A DNA stretch of 64,000 nucleotides from Phycisphaerae bacterium (GCA_963666835.2 CAXXGO010000001.1:352001-416000); one strand, 5' to 3'; positions 19,881 through 30,046 are shown, counted from the stretch's first letter. The notes: generated by a model not told the origin, from the letters alone. Program-made: numbers and translations.

Positions 19881-21191
19881 CTACTCGCCGACGAGCAGGA
19901 TACGGTTCTTTCCGTTGCGTTTGGCGGTCAGGAGCGCTTGGTCGGCCTGGGTCACCAGGTCGGCGCCGGTCGATGCGTTCCACGGGTATGTGGCCAGACC
20001 ACCACTGATGGTCAACAGCCCGACTCCGGACGGACCCAGCTTGGGGAAACGGTGGGATTGCAGGGCGCTTTTGAACCGGTCCAACACGGCCAGGACACCG
20101 GCAGGGTGCTTTGAACCTACTGAGCGCGGGCCTTGCGGATCCCAGAAGACTACCGCGAACTCGTCCCCGCCGTATCGGGTAACGATGTCCTGCTCCCGGC
20201 AGTGCTCGCGGAACAGCTTGCCGGTTTCACGGAGAACCTCGTCACCGGCATCGTGTCCGTACTCGTCGTTGTATTGCTTGAAGTCGTCAACGTCGAAAAG
20301 CAGGATGGTCACCTGGAACCGCTCCTGGGCGGCGCGGGCCAGGATCCGGTCGAGTTCGCGCTGGAGATACCGGCGATTGGGCAAACCCGTACACTCATCC
20401 GTCAACGCCAGCCGGCGCCATTCGCGCTGCCCGACCGCGGCTTGCAGCAGGTGCCCCGCCAACGTGGCGTAATGCTCGAGCTTCTCGGTGTCGCCGGGGG
20501 TGAAAGGGCCATCAATTCGCTCGGTCAACGTAAGCTGACCAATAATTCCGTCGGTACCTTCGATCGGGGCGCTGAGGACCGGTTTGGTCACAACGTCTCC
20601 CGAGGTAGCCACCGCTCCCTCGACGATCACAGTCGCCCCGCGCGTGCCCATGGCCAGGTGGATTAACTTGGCCAACTCCTCGACCAGAGCCATCGGCCTG
20701 GCATCAAGCTGGGCGAGCGTCGCCGCGAGCTGAGTCAGTTCCGCCGTAGAGACAGCCGGGGCGGGAGCAAAGGTCTGCTCAGTCAGAGCCGCCGGGCGAA
20801 CATACCCCACGGCCGCGTCCATTTCGTCCCCATCCAACGGTAAGAGCAAGTAATCATCCGCCCCTCCGGTCAGCGCCCGGCGTGTGACCGATTCCGACTC
20901 CGGAGTGCAGCAGAGAATGAGCTTGGCCTCCTCCCCGGCAGCCGAACGAAGTCCGGCGACGGCTTGCTCGGGGCGACCGATCGCCGGGTCCGCACACGCC
21001 AGAACCGCCCGAACCGGACGGCGGGCCACATCGGCGATAGCTGACAGATATGTGTCAGCGGTTGAAAAGGACCAATCCGGGTAGAACTCGCGTAATCTGT
21101 TGACCAGCGCCCCTTGTTGCGCCGGCGGGGCGATTACGACCATGCGGTCACGGCTCAGCGTATCCTCGCTCTTGCTCGTGCGATTGATCAC
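19881..21191 (-). CDS. Diguanylate cyclase (degenerate REC-like + GAF-like + GGDEF)
   Basis: DECTGLPNRR, DVDDFKQYNDEYGHDAGD, REQD I-site, RYGGDEF, ADQALLTAKRNGKNR. Confidence 0.93.
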   Translation of the reverse strand: MINRTSKSEDTLSRDRMVVIAPPAQQGALVNRLREFYPDWSFSTADTYLSAIADVARRPVRAVLACADPAIGRPEQAVAGLRSAAGEEAKLILCCTPESESVTRRALTGGADDYLLLPLDGDEMDAAVGYVRPAALTEQTFAPAPAVSTAELTQLAATLAQLDARPMALVEELAKLIHLAMGTRGATVIVEGAVATSGDVVTKPVLSAPIEGTDGIIGQLTLTERIDGPFTPGDTEKLEHYATLAGHLLQAAVGQREWRRLALTDECTGLPNRRYLQRELDRILARAAQERFQVTILLFDVDDFKQYNDEYGHDAGDEVLRETGKLFREHCREQDIVTRYGGDEFAVVFWDPQGPRSVGSKHPAGVLAVLDRFKSALQSHRFPKLGPSGVGLLTISGGLATYPWNASTGADLVTQADQALLTAKRNGKNRILLVGE

Positions 21192-22075
21192 GCTGAATCC
21201 TCCTCATCAGCGTCGTCTTCGTTTCCGGGCCTTGTGGCACGCTCCGGAGCAATTGCCGCGACGTCGTCGCCGATCAGAGCTTGCAGCTCCGCCTCACTGA
21301 GCAGCGGCTGATGCCCGTCAGAGTCGGAGTCGGAGTCAGGACGCACCCTATCCGCCGGTTTGTTCGATGGCCCCGGAGCACTGCGCTTCGGGCCGGTTCG
21401 CACCGGACGGTCTGCATAACGCAGCCAGGGGACCCGCGCCGGACCAGATGCAACCTCGGGCGACTCCGGAGGGAGCCCGGCGGCGTCTGCCTCAGTCGCT
21501 TCGTCGGCATCCGACTCATCTGTTATGTTCAATCCGAATGCGTCGGTGGAGTCGCCCTCGGTTTCGGGAAGGACGTCCTCCTCCTCCGGTGTTACCGTCG
21601 CAGGCGTGATCGCAGGGTCCTCCGCGACCGGTTCGACGGCAGGTCGTTCGAAGGCGATCGGCACCGATGGGATCGGATCGGCAAGGGCCTCCGCCGGCGT
21701 TTCGGTCGTCAAAGACCCCGGCTGCAGGATGTCCGGACTCACCCGGCCTGTAGCTCCGGATTCGATTGCCCGAACAACCCGCGGTTCATTCTGCGGGGCG
21801 CCGTAGACGTAAACGGGAGCTTCCGGCTCCAGGCGGGCCGCGATGGCGAAGAACTCCAGCTCGGCGGTTCCGAGATCGTCGACGCAAACCACCACCAGGC
21901 GAGGAGCGGGCCTCGTCCTGCAAAGCTCGGCCAACCCCGCGTAAACGTCGCCGCACACCTTCACCTTCAAAGTAGTCGTGGTGAGCAGAGAATCGACCCC
22001 CGCCGCCGATTCGGCTGCGGATTCGCCGCGAATGTGGAGAACTTCAAACGATGAACCGACCACTGTTCTGGACAC
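21188..22075 (-). CDS. Hypothetical protein: degenerate REC-like domain plus acidic/Pro-rich tail
   Basis: Alpha/beta N-terminus (..VVRAIESGA), disordered acidic C-terminus ending LLSEAELQALI; stop overlaps the cyclase start; GTG 22075 start uncertain. Confidence 0.7.
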   Translation of the reverse strand: MSRTVVGSSFEVLHIRGESAAESAAGVDSLLTTTTLKVKVCGDVYAGLAELCRTRPAPRLVVVCVDDLGTAELEFFAIAARLEPEAPVYVYGAPQNEPRVVRAIESGATGRVSPDILQPGSLTTETPAEALADPIPSVPIAFERPAVEPVAEDPAITPATVTPEEEDVLPETEGDSTDAFGLNITDESDADEATEADAAGLPPESPEVASGPARVPWLRYADRPVRTGPKRSAPGPSNKPADRVRPDSDSDSDGHQPLLSEAELQALIGDDVAAIAPERATRPGNEDDADEEDSA

Positions 22076-22227
22076 GATACGCCTCACGCCCAATAACCCC
22101 CGAGATGCACGCGCACCTTTCCCTTTTCTGCCAAGTTTAGGGGGAAAGGGCAGTACAGTCAATTCCGGAGAAAGCGGCGTTTGATACAATAGAGGCCTGT
22201 AGAGTGATAAGGACCTGGAGGCGGATC

Positions 22228-23409
22228 ATGTCCCGGCGATGTGTGGCGGTAGCGGCTTGGTTGATGCTGGCGGTCTCGACCGTCCAGGCGGACGATGTTC
22301 TCCACCGTTACGAAGGCGACGTGCTGCCTTACGACGAGTCCGCCGGGTGGATCGTCCCGAACGCCTGTGAGGGGGCCTGCACCGACGCCCTCGAGGACGG
22401 ACGCTACGTCGCGCGGTGGTTCGATATGGCCACCGGCGATAACTTCTACTACCACCACTGGATTGCGCGAGCGCCCGAGGCCCCCCCCCCCACGCTGTGG
22501 GTCGAGTGGCAGTTCCGATCCAATCATCCGTTCGGGTGGGGGTTCTGTGACGGGAGTTTCACGGTCGATTACGCTGACATCCACGACATGCTTTTCTTGT
22601 ACGGCGATGGAGTTATTTCGCACAGCGGGGACCACTACGTAACCGGGCTCGCCTTGGACGAGTTCCACACGTATCGCTTCGAAAGCCTGGACGGCACCAA
22701 CTACCGCTTTTCCGTCGACGGATTCGTGATCAAGGAGTGGGCCGAGGATCAGGGAAACGATGTTGACTTCGTTCAGTTCGGCGGAACCGGCGGGTGTCTC
22801 GGGTGTCCGGTTACCAGCATAGCCAACGAATGGGATTTCATTCGCTACGGCAGCCTGGCCTCGGGCGAGGAGATCGGCGCGTCCGATCCGCCTTGCGGCG
22901 AGCTGGATCGCTACCTGCACGCGGACCTGGATCGGTTCACCGTCACCTTTGTTGATGCCCACGGGGAGCCGATCGCCAATTATGTGTACGTGGACGATAT
23001 CACCGTGGAGGTGAGCGTGGGCGACGCCCCGGTAGTCGTGCAGACCCGTCGCCTCGACGGCGGGGCCCCGGAAACGGTTGAGATTGTGCTCGACCGGCCG
23101 TTGGCGGTGGACGCCGTAACGACGTTCACTTTTGACGACGGTGCGAATGTCAACGTTGTGGAGTACAGCTACGCTGCGCCGGGTTTCTGCGGGGACGACA
23201 TCGTGAACCGACCTGACGAGGAGTGTGACGGCACCGATGACGCCGCCTGCCCCGGTTGGTGCCACGATGACTGTACGTGTCCTATTCCGGAAATCCCGGA
23301 AATCCCAACGCTGTCGACCTGGAGTCTGGTTGTTCTGGCCCTCGTACTGCTCACCGTCGCCAAGCTCACCGCCCGCCGTCGTCGGGCCGCTTCCCTTGGG
23401 AAGCCGTAA
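22228..23409 (+). CDS. Secreted/surface protein with Cys-rich repeat and IPTL-CTERM sorting signal
   Basis: GGAGG RBS; signal peptide; CGDDIVNRPDEECDG; C-terminal IPTLSTWSLVVLALVLLTVAKLTARRRR. Confidence 0.85.
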   Translation: MSRRCVAVAAWLMLAVSTVQADDVLHRYEGDVLPYDESAGWIVPNACEGACTDALEDGRYVARWFDMATGDNFYYHHWIARAPEAPPPTLWVEWQFRSNHPFGWGFCDGSFTVDYADIHDMLFLYGDGVISHSGDHYVTGLALDEFHTYRFESLDGTNYRFSVDGFVIKEWAEDQGNDVDFVQFGGTGGCLGCPVTSIANEWDFIRYGSLASGEEIGASDPPCGELDRYLHADLDRFTVTFVDAHGEPIANYVYVDDITVEVSVGDAPVVVQTRRLDGGAPETVEIVLDRPLAVDAVTTFTFDDGANVNVVEYSYAAPGFCGDDIVNRPDEECDGTDDAACPGWCHDDCTCPIPEIPEIPTLSTWSLVVLALVLLTVAKLTARRRRAASLGKP

Positions 23410-23454
23410 CCGCCAAGGTCAGAAAGGTGTTGTTCCCTCGGCTCGCCCCTTTCT

Positions 23455-23650
23455 GGGGAAAACCCGGGGGGAAAACCCAGCGACGGGAAAACCCGGGGAA
23501 AACCCGGGACAGTCACCTATTTATGGGGGAAAACCCGGGACTAAAACCCGGGACAGTCACAATAGTGTTCGGCACTCAGATTGCGTATGGCGATGGATGC
23601 CGCAGGGGAAAACCCGGGGGGAAAACCCGGGACAGTCACCTATTTATTGA
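23455..23650 (+). repeat. Stuttered AAAACCCGGG(ACAGTCACCTATT) array
   Basis: About seven AAAACCC units; three GGACAGTCAC copies; ends in CACCTATTTATTGA like the 17.74 kb array. Confidence 0.85.
23560..23605 (-). mobile_element. Orphan 46-bp IS4 right end
   Basis: CAATAGTGTTCGGCACTCAGATTGCGTATGGCGATGGATGCCGCAG is the reverse complement of 17665-17710 with one mismatch. Confidence 0.88.
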
Positions 23651-23717
23651 GGGCAACCACCGGAACTTCTTGGAGCATCGAAGTGTCGCTCCTGGCGGGG
23701 CTCGGGTTGACTTACGA

Positions 23718-24745
23718 CGCGATCCCGCGGCTGACGCCGCGGGCTAGGCAGAGCTGCCGTCCTGACGGGCTGGCCCCGCGAGCCACGCGGGTGGCACATC
23801 TTCGCGCAACTCAAGCCACTGCAGCCCTAATGGCAGGTCTCGTACCTCGACCGTGCCCTACACCCGCCGACGACGCCCTACGTCGGGTGCCACCAAGGTG
23901 TCATACGACGAGCTGTTGACCCGTGGAGCGCGCCGCGCCGCGGGCTTCCACGCAACCGAGCCGTAGTCGCCCCCCATCGTTCATGGCCACGCAAGCGTGG
24001 GCCATGGCACCCGGCAACCGAAAGGGCGGATCTGGAAACCCTCCACCTAAAAGCGCGCGCGCCCGAGTTCTATCCCGACCCCGGCAGGTCTCGTACCTCG
24101 ACCGTGCCCTACACCCGCCAACTGTAGCCGGCTGTCGATCTCGATTCTCCAGCCCGAAGGGCTCAGATGAAGTAGCCGGGGGCAAGTCCGCCATTGGCGG
24201 ACGCCGCCCCCGGACCCGATCCCCGCAACCAGCGTCACCCCGGTAGGGGTCAAATGCCTTGGGCGAATGCGTTTCGCGAGTCCGCCATGTCTGTCGACGC
24301 ATTCTCAACAAGGCCGGATAGCGGAAACAGACGCGCGGTTCATCGACGCCGTCTCTTTCACCCTTCAGGGTGATTGGGGGTGTTGGGCTCGCACCCGGGG
24401 GCGGCGGCCGCTGCGCGGCCTTGCCCCCGGCTACTATCTTATAGGCTTTCAGCCTGAACACCGAGCGGGTCTGCAGCTTGTTACGCTGGGCCTTGCCCCC
24501 GGCTACTATCTTGCAGGCTTTCAGCCTGAACACGTAGCCGGCTTGACGCCTTTCACTGAGAAAGAAGCCGCGGCCTTTAGCTTGCCACGCTGGGGAATGG
24601 GGCGCCGGCGAGTCGGACGGATACGCTCGGCTTGCCCGGCAAAGATGTGTAGAACAAGGAGGAGCTTGTCCCTGGCGTAAAGGCGCTGTGTCTCTATCAC
24701 GTCACCCACAAGGGCGTCACCCACAAGGGGTGACGCTACAGTAAG
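23718..24745. repeat. Large mixed REP/REPIN cluster
   Basis: GTAG-REP copies at 23832-23861 and 24083-24112; 23718-23861 similar to 33636-33780; 45-bp direct repeat GGCCTTGCCCCCGGCTACTATCTT..GGCTTTCAGCCTGAACAC at 24417 and 24489. Confidence 0.8.
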
Positions 24746-24813
24746 TCACGCCCGTTTATGCGAACGTCATGAGTAATCCGGGTTAGTCCGGTTGGCCGGT
24801 TCGTCCGTTGCCG

Positions 24814-26496
24814 TCAGTCGACCACTTGCCCGTTGCGGTATGATCGAATCACCTCGACGAATCGGCCGCCGTCGGTGAATATCGGGGCGGGTGCAGAAGG
24901 CGCTGGGTCGCGATCCGCCAGCCGGCTTATGTCGCCCGATAGCGGCGTTCGACAGATAACGGCTTGGCAGGGCAGCCGGCAGCGCACCGCATCGCGCAGG
25001 CAGATGGTGTCTGCTGTGAAGGTGATCTCGCGGCGATACCAATCGTGAGTCAGCCGGAGGTAGTCCGCCGGTTGCCAGCGTTTCTCCCACGTGGGGTATT
25101 CACCGCGGATTTCGCGAGATGCGCTGTCGTGTTGCCGCAGGAAGCTCCGTAACGGAGCCCATCGCTTCCGCGGCTCACGGAGCGGACGTCTCAGTATTCC
25201 GTGCGCGGTGACAGAGTCGCCGCCGACCCGGACGTCGACCCGCCGATCCCAGCGATTGGCCGTGCGCACCGCAAAAGGAAACACCACCTTGACCCCCGGT
25301 TCCTCCAGCGCGCTTTTGCCATTACGCCAGGTGGCGTGCAACGCCCCTCCGCTTTTCAATCCGACCACCGCGTGATAGTCGCGCGTCGTTCGGATTACCA
25401 GTCCGGCGTTTGGGAAGAAGACCTGCCCGTCCTTCTCGAAAGGGAGCACATCCTGCGCGGGGAGACTTTGGGGAGCAGCGAGTGCGGCGAGGATCAGACG
25501 CGGAGCCATCAGTGACAGCAGGTCGTCATGCCACGGGGGTAAATGGCCGGCGCCGTATCGCGCATATCGTTGTCTGGTAAGCGCGGCCAGAGACGCCGCC
25601 TCGCGCAACGTGGTCGCCATCAGCTCCGGGCCGTATGGACTTATAAACGCGGTGCCTTCGGAGCCGTAACACCCGCCGAAGCTGCCGTCGGGGTGGGCGA
25701 AGTGAGTCATGAAGGCCATAGCTTGTTTAATTGCCGGCAGCAACTCTTCCCAGCCGGTTCGGCGAAAGAGGCGGGCGAGGGCGTCCACCGCCAGCGACAA
25801 ACGCCCGAGGTCCGCTCCACCGTGTTCGGGGAACCAACCTTCTTCATCCTGGCGAGCCAGCAGTCTGCCGAGCCGATCTCGCGCCGTCTTTAGTACGGTT
25901 GTGTCCCGGATGACTACCGCACCATCAACCAAGGCGCCGACCGTCGTGGCTTCAAGCCAGGGGGTCTGCTGGGGCTGACGAGCCAGCCACCGCGTGTGTC
26001 CGATCAGATCCCGCAACAGCAGTTCCGTCTGGAATTCGGAGGAGTCGGCCAACAGGTGGATTACATGAGCCGAGCCGGCCGGATACAGCGGGGCTCGCCG
26101 CGCTGCTCGACGCCGTGGTCGACCGTCGCGCGTCAACGACATCTGCCAGCGAACCAGCGAAGCGCGCACGCACTCCCGCAGATAGGCGTTGTCAGCCAGT
26201 TCGGGATCATTGTCGACAAGCATCCCAATTGCTTGGGTCGCCGCCGGCCGACGACACCATAACTCACTGTCGTTGCGCAAGCCCGCCCGCCGGTAAGACT
26301 CATCATCCAGCCACGGTGCCGAACCGAGGATATGGCAGAGCCGGGGCAGACAAGATCGGGCGACCGTTCCATACACTGCGGCCGGCATCGCGCTGAGAGG
26401 CGACGGTACCTCGCTACGCCGATCCGGTGCAGAAGAAGGTGGCAAAGCTTCCGCTGCGTTTTCGATATTGACAGGACTGCCGGCCATCACACCCAT
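24814..26496 (-). CDS. Hypothetical protein, probable alpha/alpha-toroid plus beta domain (heparinase/prenyltransferase-like)
   Basis: QDEEGWFPEHGGAD, FAHPDGSFGGCYGS, FPNAGL motifs; start uncertain (26496 or 26388). Confidence 0.65.
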   Translation of the reverse strand: MGVMAGSPVNIENAAEALPPSSAPDRRSEVPSPLSAMPAAVYGTVARSCLPRLCHILGSAPWLDDESYRRAGLRNDSELWCRRPAATQAIGMLVDNDPELADNAYLRECVRASLVRWQMSLTRDGRPRRRAARRAPLYPAGSAHVIHLLADSSEFQTELLLRDLIGHTRWLARQPQQTPWLEATTVGALVDGAVVIRDTTVLKTARDRLGRLLARQDEEGWFPEHGGADLGRLSLAVDALARLFRRTGWEELLPAIKQAMAFMTHFAHPDGSFGGCYGSEGTAFISPYGPELMATTLREAASLAALTRQRYARYGAGHLPPWHDDLLSLMAPRLILAALAAPQSLPAQDVLPFEKDGQVFFPNAGLVIRTTRDYHAVVGLKSGGALHATWRNGKSALEEPGVKVVFPFAVRTANRWDRRVDVRVGGDSVTAHGILRRPLREPRKRWAPLRSFLRQHDSASREIRGEYPTWEKRWQPADYLRLTHDWYRREITFTADTICLRDAVRCRLPCQAVICRTPLSGDISRLADRDPAPSAPAPIFTDGGRFVEVIRSYRNGQVVD

Positions 26497-26608
26497 TGCA
26501 TCGCCGAATATGTCCGTGGATTCCCCGCCGGTGGGGACGAACCCGGCCGGCCTGGTGCGTCGGCGCACCTCGTTGGTGTTATCGAACCTTCCACCGGTTG
26601 GTCTGAGG

Positions 26609-26920
26609 TTATTCCGGTTTGGGGCGGTCCTTTGCCTTCTGCGGGGCGGGAACCGGGTCGATCCCGCCGCGGCCGAAGGGATGGCAGCGGACAACGCGGC
26701 GCAGGGTCAGCCCCAGACCTCGCCAGAGCCCATGGGTCTGCAGGGCCTCGATTCCGTATTCGCTGCAGCTTGGGCAGAACTTACAGCTTCCCAGCAGGAA
26801 CGGCCGAACCATGGCCTGATAGCATCGGATGGTAAGGACCACCGCGAATACCAGCCAAGCCTCAGCGGCGCGCCGGATCCGTTTGGGGAGAGACTCTACG
26901 ACTGGCACGGGACCACGCAT
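26609..26920 (-). CDS. yidD: Membrane protein insertion efficiency factor YidD
   Basis: YQ..CKFCPSCSEY..HG..G..RRVVRCHPFGRGGIDPVP. Confidence 0.92.
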   Translation of the reverse strand: MRGPVPVVESLPKRIRRAAEAWLVFAVVLTIRCYQAMVRPFLLGSCKFCPSCSEYGIEALQTHGLWRGLGLTLRRVVRCHPFGRGGIDPVPAPQKAKDRPKPE

Positions 26921-26932
26921 GAGCGTGGCACT

Positions 26933-27856
26933 CTAGAACAGAGAGACCACAAACACAATCAAGGACGTGCCGACCGTGGCGATAGCCACCCAGCCCAGAA
27001 GCTGGCGAGGACCCGGGCCCAGCGGTCGCGTGGGTTTGTCCATCACCTCGAGCGCCGTCGCGACGCCTTCACATACCTTCAACGCCAGCGGGGAAACACG
27101 GGTCGTGACCCGGCGCAGAGACTCTCGAACCCGTGCCGAAGATGACGGAGAAGCAGTCGCGGCCGGGCTTTCCGCTACGGCGACGTTCTCAGCGGCGACG
27201 GCCGGTTCGGGGGCGGTTGGCGCTGCTTTCTTCACGGCCGCTTTCTTAGGAGCGGGCGGCTCCGGTTCCGCGCCCGGTTCGCTCAGATCGGGTATCGAGC
27301 TGTCGTTCTCCCATTCAGCGGGTGCGACCAATTCGCCGTCCGGCTGAGTGAATTCGGCCATGAAGTCCGGAACGTCCGAGCCGGAACTCGGATGCGGGTG
27401 GGGAGTTTCAGCGGCAGGCTCACCGTCCGGTTGGGTGAATTCGGCCATGAAGTCGGGGATGTCCTGACTTACACTCGGAGGCGGCTCCGCGGCTGCCCCG
27501 GCGGGCTCAACTGCCCCAGCGGGTTCCTCGACTTCCGCAGCTCCTTGAATGGGCTCCTCAGGAAATGCCCCAAGGTCCGAGCCGGCTTGGTTGAGTAGTT
27601 CGTCAATCGTAGCCAGCTCGGCATCCAACTGAGCGCTCACGTTGTCCGCCCGCGCGGGGGCGGTTGCGGCCTCAGCAATGGCGGTTTGGCTCTCTTCCTC
27701 CGTATCCTCCTCCATCGCGCCGATTTCGGTGGAGACCTCCTTGGCGAGCGCAGCCGCTTCTGAGAGCAGCGCATCGAGGTCGTCTTCCGAAACGCCCAGG
27801 CCGTCAACGCCCTCCGGTGGAAAAGAAGATGGATCTTGCGTGGGGTCGTCAGTCAT
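26933..27856 (-). CDS. Acidic low-complexity protein with C-terminal membrane anchor
   Basis: SEDDLDALL N-terminus; duplicated D(I/V)PDFMAEFTQPDGE; C-terminal TM LLGWVAIATVGTSLIVFVVSLF. Confidence 0.8.
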   Translation of the reverse strand: MTDDPTQDPSSFPPEGVDGLGVSEDDLDALLSEAAALAKEVSTEIGAMEEDTEEESQTAIAEAATAPARADNVSAQLDAELATIDELLNQAGSDLGAFPEEPIQGAAEVEEPAGAVEPAGAAAEPPPSVSQDIPDFMAEFTQPDGEPAAETPHPHPSSGSDVPDFMAEFTQPDGELVAPAEWENDSSIPDLSEPGAEPEPPAPKKAAVKKAAPTAPEPAVAAENVAVAESPAATASPSSSARVRESLRRVTTRVSPLALKVCEGVATALEVMDKPTRPLGPGPRQLLGWVAIATVGTSLIVFVVSLF

Positions 27857-28003
27857 GTTCAGTAGAATCCTCAGGGACGCTCACACGCCGTGGCGACGGT
27901 AGGCGTAGACCCACCGCAGCCGGTTCTTACATTCGTTTTATCGGTCCATCGACCCGGAGGCGTGAGGTTGCCGAGCCCCGAAGAGCGCTGATAATCGACC
28001 CGC

Positions 28004-28747
28004 ATGCCTATCCCGCGCTTATTCTGCCCGGAACTGGCGGCCGGGACGATCCGGTTGTCCAGGGAGGAGACCCAACACGCCGCGGCCGCTCTGCGCCTCC
28101 GGCGAGGGGCAGAGGTTGTCCTCTTCGACGGTCGGGGCAACGAAGGCGCCGCCCGTATTACGGACTTCGAGCAGCGACAACTCACCGTTGACGTGTCTGA
28201 GATAACACGGCACCCCTTCGAGCTACCTTGCCGGCTTACCCTGGCCGTAGCCATGCCCAAAACTCCGCGGCAGGGTTACTTGATCGAGAAATGCACGGAG
28301 CTGGGGGTCGCCGCGATCTGGCCGATTATCGCGGAACATAGCGTGACTAAGCCCGCCAAGGCAGCCGTCGAGAAGTGGCGGAGGCGCGCGGTCGAGGCGG
28401 CTAAGCAGTCGCGCCGCTGCTGGATCCCGGAAATCTCGCCGCCGCGGTCGTTTGCGGAATCGTTGGCGGATTCGAAGGAGGTGGAACGGAGCTTCCTGGC
28501 ACACCGTTCGGACTCGGCGGTTCCCCTTTGCCGGATCTTGGCTTCGCACGTGTTGCCGGCTTCGATCCTGGCTTGGATCGGTCCGGAGGGAGGTTGGTCC
28601 GAACCGGAGCGGGAGCAGGCAATCGAAGCCGGCGCGACGGTGGTTTTGCTTGCGCCGACGATCCTGCGAACGGAGACCGCCGCGGTTACAGTATGTGCGG
28701 CCGTGGCTCTGGCAGGCGGGCCAGACGCCGCGCCACCCGAGGTTTGA
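28004..28747 (+). CDS. rsmE: 16S rRNA m3U1498 methyltransferase RsmE
   Basis: H..ALRL, EKCTELGV, EAAKQSRR, IGPEGGWS, ILRTETA. Confidence 0.95.
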   Translation: MPIPRLFCPELAAGTIRLSREETQHAAAALRLRRGAEVVLFDGRGNEGAARITDFEQRQLTVDVSEITRHPFELPCRLTLAVAMPKTPRQGYLIEKCTELGVAAIWPIIAEHSVTKPAKAAVEKWRRRAVEAAKQSRRCWIPEISPPRSFAESLADSKEVERSFLAHRSDSAVPLCRILASHVLPASILAWIGPEGGWSEPEREQAIEAGATVVLLAPTILRTETAAVTVCAAVALAGGPDAAPPEV

Positions 28748-28757
28748 GGAGTTTCCG

Positions 28758-29945
28758 ATGCCGGTCTACCCGGTCCGTGAGCTAGCGAGTGATGAGAGCA
28801 GGACGGCGGACGCGGTCACTTTCGCGGATCAGGTCGACATCAGGTCCTTCCCAAGGCGGAGTCTTGGTGTTGCTCTGGTCGTGACGGTCTTCGCGGCATC
28901 AGGTCTACGCGCGGCGGAGCCGGATCCCGCCGAAGAGCGTTTCGCATCCGTTACGAAGTACCTGGCGGCCGAGCAAGCCCGCCAGGGTATTCCGGGCATG
29001 TCCGTTGCGATTGTGGAGGACAACAAGCTCGTCTGGTCCAGAGGTTTCGGTCTCGCGGACGTCGAGAACGACGTTCCGGCCACGCCCCAAACCGTCTATC
29101 GCATCGGATCGGTGTCCAAGATGATCACGGCGACGGCGGTCATGCAGCTCGTGCAATCCGGGCGAATCTCCTTGCGTGCTTCCGTCCGTGATTACGTCCC
29201 CGAGCTGCCGGACAAGGGGGAGACCATCACCGTCCGACACGTTCTGGCGCACCTATCGGGAATCAGGCACTTTCGCACTGCAGGCGAGTTTCTGAATCGA
29301 GAGCCCTACGCTCGCCTCGTCGATACGCTGGCGGTTTTCAAAGACGATCCGCTGGTCGCCCGTCCCGGGGAGCGCTATGTGTACAGCACGTGGGCCTATA
29401 ACTTGCTCGGGTTGGTTGTCGAGCGCGTCAGCGGTGAGCCTTACGGTGATTACCTTGCCAAGCAGGTGTTCGAGCCGGTCGGGATGACCGCTACGGGTCT
29501 GGACGACGTCCGGGCGGTGATCCCGCATCGAGCCCGCGGGTACGCGCGTACTCCGGAGGAAGTGCTGCTCAATTCCCCTTACATTGATCTCAGCGTGCGC
29601 TACCCGGGCGACGGGATCGTCTCTACGGCTGAAGACCTTGCCCGCTTCGCCGCGGCGTTCAACGCGGGCAAGATCCTCGAACAGTCGGTCAGGCAGGTAA
29701 TGACCACCGAGCACCGAAACGCGGCCGGTGAGCCCGTCGGGGGTGGGTTGGGGTGTTTCGTGCGAGACCTGGACGGGCGCAAGATCATCGGCCACGCCGG
29801 AACTACCGCTCAGGCCTCGGCTTTCCTGCTGATCGTACCGGGCGACGATGTGGCCGTGGCGGTGCTGACGAATCTGGAACGCGCCGACGTGAAGACCATC
29901 GGCCTGACGGTGGCACGAGAGCTCCTGGGCCAGGGCGGCGAATAA
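28758..29945 (+). CDS. Serine hydrolase, beta-lactamase class C / peptidase S12 family
   Basis: IGSVSK (SxxK), VLAHLSGI, PGERYVYST, STAEDLARF, GHAG; GAGGAG RBS before ATG 28758. Confidence 0.9.
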   Translation: MPVYPVRELASDESRTADAVTFADQVDIRSFPRRSLGVALVVTVFAASGLRAAEPDPAEERFASVTKYLAAEQARQGIPGMSVAIVEDNKLVWSRGFGLADVENDVPATPQTVYRIGSVSKMITATAVMQLVQSGRISLRASVRDYVPELPDKGETITVRHVLAHLSGIRHFRTAGEFLNREPYARLVDTLAVFKDDPLVARPGERYVYSTWAYNLLGLVVERVSGEPYGDYLAKQVFEPVGMTATGLDDVRAVIPHRARGYARTPEEVLLNSPYIDLSVRYPGDGIVSTAEDLARFAAAFNAGKILEQSVRQVMTTEHRNAAGEPVGGGLGCFVRDLDGRKIIGHAGTTAQASAFLLIVPGDDVAVAVLTNLERADVKTIGLTVARELLGQGGE

Positions 29946-29971
29946 CCGCTCGCAAGGGTTCTCAGGGGGGG

Positions 29972-29999
29972 TTGACGGGCAGACGGTTTTCGCTACATT
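29972..29999 (+). promoter_or_regulatory. Putative sigma70 promoter of rplM-rpsI
   Basis: TTGACG-16 nt-TACATT. Confidence 0.6.
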
Positions 30000-30046
30000 G
30001 AGCGGCTCGACTTTGTTGAAATGCAGCAGCTAGGTGCGGTAACGTT

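Noticed and set aside
23455..23650. Mini-CRISPR with an IS-derived spacer
   Set aside because: Unit lengths are irregular, there is only one long insert, and it begins exactly at an IS terminus
28452..28757. Upstream ORF-track starts (also 9310, 14837, 16263, 26694, 31149, 38947, 43001)
   Set aside because: They overlap other genes, repeats or promoters; downstream starts fit RBS position and family N-termini better
28758..29945. Beta-lactamase controlled by the BlaI/BlaR1 pair
   Set aside because: 13 kb away, apparently co-transcribed with rsmE, no operator seen; the family contains many esterases and peptidases
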